Virus record (IMG/VR): IMGVR_UViG_3300030606_000010
Location: 1 to 49,376 of that record
From: a virus
Lineage: Duplodnaviria; Caudoviricetes
DNA length: 49,376 bases
Direction: 5' to 3' (one strand)
Part shown: positions 24,780 to 33,472 of the stretch, in pieces
Numbering within the stretch: the first letter of the stretch is position 1
Layout: every line of letters begins with the position of its first letter
Made by a program: the position numbers and the translations under genes
The notes under the pieces: model-generated
Seen by the model: the letters and a program-made list of their open reading frames with translations, nothing else
Databases searched by the model: none
Told to the model about the DNA's origin: nothing

Positions 24780-25633
24780 TGCCACTCGAAGGCCTCATCG
24801 ACTGTTTCGGCAATACCGTGCCATGGAGCAAGCTCGCGGAGACCTACACCCGGGGGCACTGGGTCATTCCGACCGACATAGCGCCCGGCGGCGGGAGCTG
24901 GCCCCTGGCCTTCCTCCTGGCCCTTGGCAGCGGCCGTGAGCAGCCGGACGGCATCAGGGTCAGCTCGCTCCTGGAATCGCCCCTAAGGGCTGGGCTGAAG
25001 CGCTCGCAGCCCTTCTGGTCGAAGCCTCACGAGCTCCTCTACATGGTGGACGGGACGGCCGTCCACTGGTGGCTGGCCCAGGCTGGTCCATCGGGCGCCG
25101 AGGAGCGCGTCCACATGCAGATTGGGACCTTCGACCTGGCCAGCCCGGTCGTCGTATCGGGTCAGCCCGATAGCTTCAATGCGAAGACTGGCACCTTGAG
25201 CGACTACAAGCGCATGACGTCTTTCGGGCTCAAGAAGCTTCTCGAGAACGGGCTCGAGGCCGAGCGGCCGGAGTATGTCTGGCAGCTACGCTTCTACGCG
25301 GTCCTGCTCGCCGAGAACGGCCACAAGGTCGTGCCGCCATACCAGCTCCTCGTCTGGGCCTCGGACTGGCGAAAGCCCATGCGCGGCCAGCCTCGCGACC
25401 CGCGCTTCGGGGTCTTCGAGGTCATGCCAGGTGAGAATGACAGGGCCGAGCTCGTCACCAGGGTTGAGGCGCTCATGTCACTTGAGGCGAGGGCCCTTCG
25501 ACTCGATGATGCCTGTGAGGATCGCGAGAAATTCGGGGTCGTGAGCTACGGAGGCCTCGGGGTCCCGAGGCGTTGCGCCGAGTACTGCTCGGTCAACAGG
25601 TACTGCCCATGGTGGCAGATGGCGACGAAGTGA
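24776..25633 (+). CDS. Cas4-like PD-(D/E)xK exonuclease
   Basis: GTAVH, SGQPD, DYK, WQLRFY and C-terminal RCAEYC.V..YC cluster. Confidence 0.75.
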   Translation: MMPLEGLIDCFGNTVPWSKLAETYTRGHWVIPTDIAPGGGSWPLAFLLALGSGREQPDGIRVSSLLESPLRAGLKRSQPFWSKPHELLYMVDGTAVHWWLAQAGPSGAEERVHMQIGTFDLASPVVVSGQPDSFNAKTGTLSDYKRMTSFGLKKLLENGLEAERPEYVWQLRFYAVLLAENGHKVVPPYQLLVWASDWRKPMRGQPRDPRFGVFEVMPGENDRAELVTRVEALMSLEARALRLDDACEDREKFGVVSYGGLGVPRRCAEYCSVNRYCPWWQMATK

Positions 25634-25884
25634 AGATCGGCCAGACCCTTGGAGGTTGCCTGACAGGAGCTATGGAGCTCCGCGTGCTGGCCGAGCTGGG
25701 CGCGGAGAACGTCACCCTCGAGATCGTCACGACTGACTTGCGCTTGATCGTGCGGGTCGACATGAATCCACGGGAAGTTGAGTTACTCGCTTCACGGCTC
25801 ATGGAATCAGCCGGGGCCGTCAAGGAGTACAAGGAGAAAACGCTTGGCAAACGGAAAGCCGAAAAAGACAGTGACCGTGCGTGA
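25630..25884 (+). CDS. Hypothetical protein
   Basis: GTGA overlap with the nuclease gene. Confidence 0.55.
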   Translation: MKIGQTLGGCLTGAMELRVLAELGAENVTLEIVTTDLRLIVRVDMNPREVELLASRLMESAGAVKEYKEKTLGKRKAEKDSDRA

Positions 25885-26143
25885 GCCCAAGCCTAAGGGT
25901 GAGCGCAAGAAGCCTCAGTACAAGGACACAACCGTGCTCTCGAGACGCCAGGGGACGCTCCTGTCCGAGTACGAGCGCATCGAGGCTCGCGTCAAGGTCG
26001 TGCGCGAGGAGCTGACCGAGCTCGCCCAGAGGCGCGACAAGGTGGCTGACGAGCTACGCTCGATTGCCACGAGCTTGAGCTCGAAGCTCGAGGGAGTGCT
26101 CGGGGTAGAGAGTCCACCAGCGCCTGAGACCAGCGAGAGCTAG
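25844..26143 (+). CDS. Basic / coiled-coil protein, last gene of the rightward unit
   Basis: AAGGAG RBS, TTG at 25844. Confidence 0.6.
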   Translation: MANGKPKKTVTVREPKPKGERKKPQYKDTTVLSRRQGTLLSEYERIEARVKVVREELTELAQRRDKVADELRSIATSLSSKLEGVLGVESPPAPETSES

Positions 26144-26620
26144 AGCGGCTGCGTCGCGCTCGTGCTCATTCGGGAGGCGATCGAAGCCCTCTAGAAAGGG
26201 TCCGGTCGCCTCCCACACCTTGTACTTCGAGGCGTCATGAGCTGCCCCAAGCTCGGCCCTCACCTGGCTCGGCATGAGCGTAACCCAGGGTATCCCGGCG
26301 CTCGCGAGGCAGGCCCTGATGACGCCATGACCCATGAGCGTCGCCTTCTGCTCGAAGACCATACCTGGACTCTCAACGACAGCAACGACACTGGCCGGCA
26401 ACGTCGTTGCCTGCTGCGCCAAGCGTAGTGCATCGTCCAGGTAGCGCGAGACCGTGAGGTAGAGCTCGCGGGACAGCGCGTCAGTCGTCTCCCAGCTCTT
26501 CCAGCCCTTCGTCCTTTTCGTCTGCCCTTTGAGCGAGTGGCTTGCGCTGAGCAACGGATCCCACCGTACCTCGACGGTAGCTAGGCCACATGTAGCTAGG
26601 CCCGGGTCGATTCCAATCAC
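26054..26620 (-). CDS. ruvC: RuvC-like Holliday junction resolvase (start uncertain; frame open to 26821)
   Basis: VIGIDPGLATCG, VVES, GVIR, PSQVR, ASKYKV and HERDAAALA catalytic pattern. Confidence 0.8.
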   Translation of the reverse strand: MIGIDPGLATCGLATVEVRWDPLLSASHSLKGQTKRTKGWKSWETTDALSRELYLTVSRYLDDALRLAQQATTLPASVVAVVESPGMVFEQKATLMGHGVIRACLASAGIPWVTLMPSQVRAELGAAHDASKYKVWEATGPFLEGFDRLPNEHERDAAALALAGLRRWWTLYPEHSLELRAQARGNRA

Positions 26621-27032
26621 GTATGCTGGGCGGGCTGTACCCAGCCAGATCGATTCGGTGCTCTTCGTCGGAGAGGAGCCAGTCTTCCTTCGCTGCGATC
26701 TTCGTGAGATTGTAGAGCTGGATGAACTGGTGGAGGATTTTCGTTTCCCACCTGAAGACAAGCCCAACCTCGTAAGCCAGGAGCTTCCGCGCACCCTGAT
26801 TGGGCGTCCCCCTACCGACATACGTCAGCTTCCGTATCGGCGGAATCCTCAGCGCCGTCTTCGTCCACGCTTGAGCCGCGCTCTTGAGACAGCTCCGGAG
26901 TGTCTCTATCTGGGAGCCCACCCTCAAGGCGAGGCCTATCCCAGAGCTTTCTAGGCTCTCCGAAGTAGAGGGCCGGGTCTTCCACGGCTGAAGGTCCAGC
27001 ACTTCCAACTGGCCGTAGAGCACAATCGTCAA
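26481..27032 (-). CDS. Hypothetical protein overlapping both neighbours
   Basis: TTG at 27032; this frame has the genome-typical GC3 bias across 27032-26620. Confidence 0.5.
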   Translation of the reverse strand: MTIVLYGQLEVLDLQPWKTRPSTSESLESSGIGLALRVGSQIETLRSCLKSAAQAWTKTALRIPPIRKLTYVGRGTPNQGARKLLAYEVGLVFRWETKILHQFIQLYNLTKIAAKEDWLLSDEEHRIDLAGYSPPSIRDWNRPGPSYMWPSYRRGTVGSVAQRKPLAQRADEKDEGLEELGDD

Positions 27033-27675
27033 CCCCCATGGTGCTGGGAAAAGGCACGCCGAGGGCTTTGGCACACGCCCAGAGAAACAGGCGGCTCTGG
27101 TCAACTTCTCTGCCCAGCTCTTCCTGCGCGAGCTTTTTAGCAGGCTTGACCAGCTTCTGGTAGTCCTCTGAGAGGACGCCAAGGACGATGAGCGAAGAGG
27201 CGTATCCAGAGCGTCCCGCCCTCAGCGCCTGCCTGTAGGCGTCGATGATGCGAAGGAACTCCTTCTGGTGCGTGAACCGAGCAAGCCTCGCCCACCATAC
27301 GAAGTCCTCCCTCGACTCGACGAGCGGAAGAAAGAGCGTGAGCCTGTAGAGAGAAAGGGCGCCCGGGTAGAGGGCCGCCATGACGTCAGGCCACTTCTCC
27401 CAGGCTGGGCTTGCGAGAGCGAACTGATGGACGAGCTTGCGGCGCGGACCCCAGCGCGAGAGGTATGCATCCCAGGTCTCATCTCCGATGTCCTTGTAGA
27501 CTTCAAGACGCCTTAGCTCAGCCAGGGCCATGGCGACCTTGGCTGGATGCTTGTGACGCTGCATCCAGAGCCTGACGGCCCTTCTGTGGAGCTGGTCTCC
27601 GAGCTTATTCCAGGCCGGGACCGTCGAGACCGTCTTGCTGGGGTTGCGGACCTTGTAAGTACGTGTACCCCGCAT
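26812..27675 (-). CDS. Hypothetical basic protein
   Basis: Long ORF following the upstream stop; the last ~70 codons look like run-on through the next gene. Confidence 0.65.
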   Translation of the reverse strand: MRGTRTYKVRNPSKTVSTVPAWNKLGDQLHRRAVRLWMQRHKHPAKVAMALAELRRLEVYKDIGDETWDAYLSRWGPRRKLVHQFALASPAWEKWPDVMAALYPGALSLYRLTLFLPLVESREDFVWWARLARFTHQKEFLRIIDAYRQALRAGRSGYASSLIVLGVLSEDYQKLVKPAKKLAQEELGREVDQSRLFLWACAKALGVPFPSTMGVDDCALRPVGSAGPSAVEDPALYFGEPRKLWDRPRLEGGLPDRDTPELSQERGSSVDEDGAEDSADTEADVCR

Positions 27676-27679
27676 CCGG

Positions 27680-28171
27680 CTACAGAGCTCCTGGCGTACC
27701 CATCTGACGCATGCCGCCAGCTCCGAGCATCTGGGCGATGGCGGATCTCCGAGCCCCGCCCTGCATTCCGCCCTGCATCATCCGACCAGGGCCAGCGCCC
27801 TGACCGCCACCACCTTGCATCATGACGCGCTGTCCGAGGCCTTGGCTCTGGGGGGCGCCGAACGGGACCTGGTGATCGATACCAGGACCCTGAGCCCTTG
27901 TGCGTGCGCCCTGGAGCATGGCCATGATCTCCTGCATGCGCTCGGGCCCACCGGCGAAGCCGCCGCCACCCCGGAGATCCCCACGCCCTTTGTGGGTGTG
28001 GAGGTTGCTACTGGCCGAGCCGCCACCACTGAGCTGAGCCAGTAGGGCCCCGACCGAGCCTTGAGCACCACCGCCGCCGCCGCCGCCGCCCCTGAGCCAG
28101 CCGCTGCCCTTCGGAATGCCGTGCGCGCGACCGCCTTCGCCAATCAAGATTGGATCGCCCCCATAGGTCAT
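27680..28171 (-). CDS. Gly/Met/Gln-rich low-complexity protein
   Basis: ATGA-coupled; poly-Gly and MMQGG repeats. Confidence 0.6.
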   Translation of the reverse strand: MTYGGDPILIGEGGRAHGIPKGSGWLRGGGGGGGGAQGSVGALLAQLSGGGSASSNLHTHKGRGDLRGGGGFAGGPERMQEIMAMLQGARTRAQGPGIDHQVPFGAPQSQGLGQRVMMQGGGGQGAGPGRMMQGGMQGGARRSAIAQMLGAGGMRQMGTPGAL

Positions 28172-28926
28172 TTCTCAGCCCTCCACATCCAGCTGTCCTT
28201 GAGCCATTGTAGCATCCGGGGTGGGTGCTGACCCGTGAACTCACGTGCCCGCTTGAGCGGGCCTGGAGCCCATGCGGCCTCGCCACCCAGGGCGATCTTT
28301 TTGTCGACCTCCCCGAACGCATGGCCCACGTAGAGCGATTGCTGAAAGTCCGTCTCCTTGGTCTGCCACTGCGCCTCGCTCTTGAGGCCGTGGTAGTGAA
28401 AAATCGGAAAGTTACTCAGGTAGAGGGCTGGTACATCGAGGGTCACAGGCCCGAGGTGCATGGCGTCGTCGAGCGCTCTGAGTTGTGGAAAGAGCCGTCC
28501 CGGCATCGAGCGCACGACGGGGGGCTCGCCCTCGAAGACCGGAGTCACATGGGTCATGTCGAGCGTGAAGTCGAGGCGTGGAAAGGCGAGGAGCTGCTTG
28601 GGTCCGTGCCGCTGAAGCGTTAACAGGAGAGCTGGCGAAGCCTCAAGGTGCTCATCGCCCTGGACGTGAAGCACGACCTCGCCGCTCGCAATGGCGATAC
28701 CCTTGTTCACTGCGTCCGAGATGCCCTGGTAGTGGCTGAACGCCGGGACACCGAGACGCTCAACGTCAGGGTAGTCCTTGCGAATGAGGTAGAACATGTC
28801 GTCCTGGTCCTGACCCGGAATCACGGCCACGACCTGAACGCCGGCAGCAAGCCACTCCTCGATGAGCGGTCTCCACGGGAAGCCGTGGCGCTCGCCGTTC
28901 CAGATGATAGTGACGAGCGAGATCAC
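28168..28926 (-). CDS. GT-A fold (GT2-like) glycosyltransferase
   Basis: GTGA overlap; ISLVTIIWNGE, NKGIAIASGEVVLHVQGDE, IFHYHG. Confidence 0.75.
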   Translation of the reverse strand: MISLVTIIWNGERHGFPWRPLIEEWLAAGVQVVAVIPGQDQDDMFYLIRKDYPDVERLGVPAFSHYQGISDAVNKGIAIASGEVVLHVQGDEHLEASPALLLTLQRHGPKQLLAFPRLDFTLDMTHVTPVFEGEPPVVRSMPGRLFPQLRALDDAMHLGPVTLDVPALYLSNFPIFHYHGLKSEAQWQTKETDFQQSLYVGHAFGEVDKKIALGGEAAWAPGPLKRAREFTGQHPPRMLQWLKDSWMWRAEK

Positions 28927-29564
28927 GTGAGCCTCGAGCGCTTGGGTATGAAGAGGCCCAGGAGCTCGCGCGTGTCGAGAATGGTCTTGCCCAACAGCTT
29001 GATGAATGCCCATGGAGGCTCGCGCCAGACCATCCAGAGGAGTCCGCTCCACGCTTCAGGTGCTTCGAAGGGCGCGTAGTTATAGGCGAGGCGACCCCAG
29101 ATGCGCACCCGGCCCCAGTAGGCCCAGGTAATGAAGAAGACGAAGATCGAACCCATGGTTGGCAGGACCCTGAAGAGCTTGGCAACGCTCTGCACGAGCC
29201 GCAGACGCCAGCGGTCGCGCAGGATAGCGCCCGGCAAGAGAGCGTTGTCGATGGACCATTCGAGGATGATTCCAGTCGCCACCCTGAAGCGCCTGTCAGC
29301 CTCCATGCGGCCCGTCCAGTTGCCGCCAAGCTCCTGGGCAGATTGGTAGTCCCAATCGTGAAAGAGACACGCGAGGTCCACGCAAAAGCCGAATGGCGTC
29401 TGAGGCACGAGCCAGAGGAGCCCCCTGACTCCACAGCCGTTGAATCCACTCCAGTCTCGAGGTGGCGTCGTTGCATCGACTGGACGCGAGTCCTCTACAA
29501 GCTCGAAGAGCTTCTCGGGCCAGAAGCGGATCCTGCCCGTCGCCAGGTGGTAGGCGACGCTCAC
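28923..29564 (-). CDS. Phospholipase A2-like / DUF1353-like membrane protein
   Basis: NGCG...ACLFHDWDY...R.EADRRF motif plus hydrophobic C-terminal segments; GGAAGAA RBS-like sequence and GTGA overlap. Confidence 0.6.
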   Translation of the reverse strand: MSVAYHLATGRIRFWPEKLFELVEDSRPVDATTPPRDWSGFNGCGVRGLLWLVPQTPFGFCVDLACLFHDWDYQSAQELGGNWTGRMEADRRFRVATGIILEWSIDNALLPGAILRDRWRLRLVQSVAKLFRVLPTMGSIFVFFITWAYWGRVRIWGRLAYNYAPFEAPEAWSGLLWMVWREPPWAFIKLLGKTILDTRELLGLFIPKRSRLT

Positions 29565-30061
29565 TTCTTCGCGAGGACCGCCGTCGCCTGTGACTCGGCC
29601 ATCCTGAGCTCGCTCAAGAGCATCCCAGGGCCTGGCTGGACGCTCAACCCGAAGCCGCCGAAGGCACGCACGTCGCCAGGCTCGGGCTTGGGCAGCGTCA
29701 CGACCTGGTGCAGCTCCACGAGGTCTCCAAGAGCCCTGGCAGCCTGCTGGGTGCCGTAAGCCATGAGGAGCTTGTCCTGCCCGTCGCCGGCAGCCTGGGC
29801 CGCGCAGGCGGCCGCCAGGCGCGGCCCAATGGCCTCGAGAGCTCCCTTGGCGAGACCGTAGCGCAGGAGCCAGGCGCTGTCCTGAGCCGAGGCGTCGAGA
29901 GCCGGGATGACAACGGAGCTCACGAAGGCCTGACCCTTCGTGAAGGTCGTGCACCAGTTGTCGACGGTCGTGTCCTTGAAGGGGTTCGTGAACGGCGACT
30001 GGAGCGAGGCACAGCTCAGTGGTAGCGCCAGGAAGGCGGACAGGATGGCCAGGCGGCGCAT
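29561..30061 (-). CDS. Putative lipoprotein
   Basis: TGATG coupling; MRRLAILSAFLALPLSC lipobox-like; helical mature region. Confidence 0.65.
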   Translation of the reverse strand: MRRLAILSAFLALPLSCASLQSPFTNPFKDTTVDNWCTTFTKGQAFVSSVVIPALDASAQDSAWLLRYGLAKGALEAIGPRLAAACAAQAAGDGQDKLLMAYGTQQAARALGDLVELHQVVTLPKPEPGDVRAFGGFGLSVQPGPGMLLSELRMAESQATAVLAKK

Positions 30062-30441
30062 CAGGGCACCAGGACGCTGGCCGAGTCGGACTTGGACCCT
30101 GAGGCCTCGTGGACGCACTGGAAGACGTAGGGCAAGGGGTCTGACGGCAGGACAAGTGTGAAGGTTGTACCGAAGAGCGTCGAGCCGACGTTGCCGCCGT
30201 CGACACTCAACTTGTAGATGCAGCCGCCGCCGCAGCTCGCATGCTGCTGAGGCGAGCAGGACACCTCGATCGTCCCGTTCGTACCGATGACACCGCCTAC
30301 GTAGCGGGCCTGGATATCCACGAAGAACAGGAAGTCTTCGGGCGTGAGGACCGGCGGGATGACCGGATCGTCCTCCCACCACTCGCACGCCGAGAACGTG
30401 AGCACCAGCATGGCCGCGACCAGCAGAAGCAGTCGCTTCAT
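30061..30441 (-). CDS. Putative lipoprotein
   Basis: MKRLLLLVAAMLVLTFSAC lipobox; beta-rich mature region with four further Cys. Confidence 0.7.
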   Translation of the reverse strand: MKRLLLLVAAMLVLTFSACEWWEDDPVIPPVLTPEDFLFFVDIQARYVGGVIGTNGTIEVSCSPQQHASCGGGCIYKLSVDGGNVGSTLFGTTFTLVLPSDPLPYVFQCVHEASGSKSDSASVLVP

Positions 30442-32432
30442 GGCTTCACCCCCACCCCGAGGATCGAGTACTTCTCGCCCTCTTGGTCATCAACGATTTG
30501 GATCTGCTCGAAGCCTGAGCGCTTGAGCAGGTGTAGTAGTTGCGGCTCATCGAAGACCCGCACGTGGTCCTCGTTGTAGCCACCCTGTTCGTCGTACTTC
30601 TTCGTGGGCACGTAGGCCAGGATGCGCCCGCCGGGCTTCAGGATGCGCAGGATCTCTCGACAGGTCCAGTCGGGGACAGGGAGGTCTTCGAGGTTGTGCG
30701 AGGTGAGGACCCAATTGTAGCTGTCCGTGGCGTAGGGCAAGCGCTCGCGCACGTCGCCGGTCTTGTCGGCCCACATGTAGGGCGTCCTGTCGAAGGTATC
30801 GCCGAAGCCCCTGTCCAAGCCGCAGGCCAGGTTAAGGCCTCTCGCGCCGAGCATGAGGCGCTCCCAAAGACCCGGGCTCTTTGACACCTCGGAGGGCATC
30901 GTCTTGCGCCAGCCCGTGACCTTCTCGATGGCCTGAAGGACGTGATCGGCGCTCAGCTCCGTCATACACGGGGCCGAGATGCCCGTGTGGACGTCTATCC
31001 TCAGGCGCGCACAGCCGGAGTAGAGACGCGGCTGTGGGCCTTCGAGGTGGCAGCCAAGGCAGGCCAGGTGCTCGGCACGTACCGGCTCGGCGAAGGCTCG
31101 CTCAACGATGACCCGCTCGGGAGGCACGGCTCCAAAGAGGACGACGGCCGGCGTCCGCATGGCGTAGGCCAGGTGCGCCGGGAAGGAGTCGACGCCAACG
31201 AAGAGCTTGGCCCCACCGATGAAGGCACCGACTCGACGGAATCCCACTTTCCTTAGATCGATGTCCCCGATCATCGGCGTGAGTTGATCGCCCACGACAC
31301 CGATGGGACCAAGGCTCCTCGCTCGCAGCTCGAAGATAAGCATCTCCCAGAAGTCTCTCGGTGCGTCCTTGCCGGGCCAGCCCGTGAACCCTGGGTGGAC
31401 GATAACCTGCGGCACCTCGTCACCCTGGGCCGGTGCCAGGAGCTTCTCCTCATCGGTCAGGTAGAGCTCCGGCATCCTGAGTGGGATGGGCTGCGGCACG
31501 CCGATGGCCTGGGCGTAGGCGATGGCGATGGGCACGTTCGGCCGCGACTCGTAGGCGCCATCGAGGTCCACGTAGTCGGCGGGGCCAGCGAGGTCAGATA
31601 CCGGCAGGATGAGCGGATTGTTCTCGAAAAGCTCTGGCCACGGGGTATCCGCGTAGAGCTTCCAGTGCGGTACCCTGTCCGCCACGATGCGGGCCAGTGC
31701 CGTCAACTGGAAGACGTCGCCCCGGGCCGCCTTGCGGCTCACAACGATGCGGCGCTTGAAGCCACCACGGATGACGTGGCCCCAGCGGGCCAGGAGCCGC
31801 ATGTTGTTGATAGTCGCGAGGCCCTTGATGTCGATGATACCTTCGGCCTCGACGACCTTCGACGTCACGGCCCGCTCGTGCTGGTAGCCCGGCACGTCGA
31901 CTTCAACCACCTTCCAACCCAGCTCACGGATGCGTAGGCAGAAGTCCGCGTCCTCGGCATAGGCGAAACGGAAGGTCTCCGTGTCGAAGCCGCCCATCTT
32001 CATGAAGAGATGCTTCGGGACCATCATGCACGAGCCTTCGATGTAGTCGATGCGCTCGCCAGCCGCTCCGTCGCCTGTTTGCGTGAGCGTGCGGCAGCCG
32101 CCCTTTGGTCCTGTCACCCCCACCCGAGGGATGGTAACGAAGGGCTCGAAGAGCGCCTCGAGCCAGCCAGGGCCGACCACCGCATCCGAGTTGAGGAAGA
32201 CGATGTAATCCGTGTCAGCCTTGGCGGCGAGCCTGTTGGCGGGCTCGCTGAAGCCGAGGTTCTCACTGGAATACCAGATTCGTGCAGCATCGACTCGTTG
32301 GACGAGGGCTTTAGTCCCGTTAATCCATACGATCACATCGCAATCATCGCCTGCGGCGCTGATGGAATCACAGCAACGTTCGAGAAGCTTCTCATCGCCG
32401 TAGTGAACGATGCAGACCGTGAAGAGCTTCAC
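30438..32432 (-). CDS. Fusion of GT2, GT9 (heptosyltransferase-like) and SAM methyltransferase domains
   Basis: NLGFS..AN, FLNSD, IEGSCMM, GGFD..F..EDAD (GT2); ARGDV, HPG..WPGK, FVGVDSFPAHLA (GT9); LNLACG, SHNLED, RILKPGG (methyltransferase). Confidence 0.85.
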   Translation of the reverse strand: MKLFTVCIVHYGDEKLLERCCDSISAAGDDCDVIVWINGTKALVQRVDAARIWYSSENLGFSEPANRLAAKADTDYIVFLNSDAVVGPGWLEALFEPFVTIPRVGVTGPKGGCRTLTQTGDGAAGERIDYIEGSCMMVPKHLFMKMGGFDTETFRFAYAEDADFCLRIRELGWKVVEVDVPGYQHERAVTSKVVEAEGIIDIKGLATINNMRLLARWGHVIRGGFKRRIVVSRKAARGDVFQLTALARIVADRVPHWKLYADTPWPELFENNPLILPVSDLAGPADYVDLDGAYESRPNVPIAIAYAQAIGVPQPIPLRMPELYLTDEEKLLAPAQGDEVPQVIVHPGFTGWPGKDAPRDFWEMLIFELRARSLGPIGVVGDQLTPMIGDIDLRKVGFRRVGAFIGGAKLFVGVDSFPAHLAYAMRTPAVVLFGAVPPERVIVERAFAEPVRAEHLACLGCHLEGPQPRLYSGCARLRIDVHTGISAPCMTELSADHVLQAIEKVTGWRKTMPSEVSKSPGLWERLMLGARGLNLACGLDRGFGDTFDRTPYMWADKTGDVRERLPYATDSYNWVLTSHNLEDLPVPDWTCREILRILKPGGRILAYVPTKKYDEQGGYNEDHVRVFDEPQLLHLLKRSGFEQIQIVDDQEGEKYSILGVGVKP

Positions 32433-32563
32433 TGCGGCCAGGCCTGAAGGAGCATGGCCATAGCGATGAGGCCCACAGCGAATGAGACGAAGCGAATGCG
32501 CTCGACAACGCATCCGATGCCAGCGGATATGACCGCTATCAGAAGAAGGGCGAAGACGATCAT
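32429..32563 (-). CDS. 44-aa two-helix membrane protein, holin candidate
   Basis: ATGA-coupled to the endolysin; two hydrophobic segments. Confidence 0.5.
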   Translation of the reverse strand: MIVFALLLIAVISAGIGCVVERIRFVSFAVGLIAMAMLLQAWPQ

Positions 32564-32895
32564 TGGACCCCCTGCCACTCGAACGAGTAGTGGTTCCCGT
32601 CCGGCCTTGTGAAGTCGCCGCCCCAGCGGGCAAGCGGATGGAGCGTCTTCCAGTACTCGCCGAGCGGACGATGGCTCTCGCTGTCGCGCTGGTAGACGCC
32701 GTTTATGAAGAGGTTCAAGTCCTGGGCAAGCCGGTAGACGTGGGTCGAGCGTGGGTGGCCACCAATGAGGTTGTTGACCTCTGGGCTGCGGTAGCTCCAG
32801 GCCAATGTCACGACCCACCCTTGCGAGTAGGCGTTTATGATTAACTTCGACAGCGCCCTGGCGAACTCGCCCTGAAGTATGACCAGATCACTCAT
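32560..32895 (-). CDS. Endolysin, M15-family (L-Ala-D-Glu type) peptidase
   Basis: YRS, STH..RLAQDLNLF, WGGDF..PDGNHYS motifs. Confidence 0.85.
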   Translation of the reverse strand: MSDLVILQGEFARALSKLIINAYSQGWVVTLAWSYRSPEVNNLIGGHPRSTHVYRLAQDLNLFINGVYQRDSESHRPLGEYWKTLHPLARWGGDFTRPDGNHYSFEWQGVQ

Positions 32896-33107
32896 TGCAC
32901 GTTCTTCGCTTTCCGCTTTGTCGGGAGTTGCCTGAAGAGGGCAGACAATTGAGCTTTAAGCTCGAGCGTTGCCTCGTCGAACTCCGTGTCAAGAACGCTC
33001 AATTCAGATGGCTCGATACCGACGAGCAACCGCTGCGTCTCGGCCATGGCGAACCGCATCTCAATTTCCATGGGACTACGATTCCTCGTCAGGCGATCTT
33101 TCGCCAC
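32892..33107 (-). CDS. Small hypothetical protein
   Basis: GAGG RBS; coupled to the endolysin. Confidence 0.5.
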   Translation of the reverse strand: MAKDRLTRNRSPMEIEMRFAMAETQRLLVGIEPSELSVLDTEFDEATLELKAQLSALFRQLPTKRKAKNVQ

Positions 33108-33459
33108 GGCGCCTCAATTCGCGGAGCTGCTCATTGATCTTGGTGAGCTGGACGAGCATGCTACGAAGCTGGTCCTCTCGCCGCTCCCACATGCTCCTGA
33201 GCTCTCCGAGTTGGCGGTTGAGATCGTCTCGCGGCACATACCCGGAGAGCTGCTGTCTCAGAAGGGAAAACTCGCGAGTCGCCTCCCTGCTCTGCTCAGC
33301 TATCTGCACCCTGAGGTTGCTGACTGCGGTATCGAGCTTGTCTTGAGCTTCTTGCAGTGGTGACGTCATGTCCCCGCGCACATTGCGATGCACCCCATAC
33401 AGAACGCCGACCGCCACGATCAAGCCGACGACGATCTGCACCCACACATCGGGACTCAA
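33076..33459 (-). CDS. Single-TM coiled-coil protein (holin/antiholin or i-spanin candidate)
   Basis: N-terminal TM VWVQIVVGLIVAVGVLYGV then coiled coil, upstream of the endolysin. Confidence 0.55.
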   Translation of the reverse strand: MSPDVWVQIVVGLIVAVGVLYGVHRNVRGDMTSPLQEAQDKLDTAVSNLRVQIAEQSREATREFSLLRQQLSGYVPRDDLNRQLGELRSMWERREDQLRSMLVQLTKINEQLRELRRRGERSPDEES

Positions 33460-33472
33460 GGTGCCTCACCGC

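Noticed and set aside
28923-30206. ORF-track N-terminal extensions (427-aa ORF here; also starts at 32633, 47551, 4160, 29052, 30388, 22460)
   Set aside because: The extensions are out-of-frame read-through of neighbouring genes. The real starts are at stop-overlap or RBS positions.
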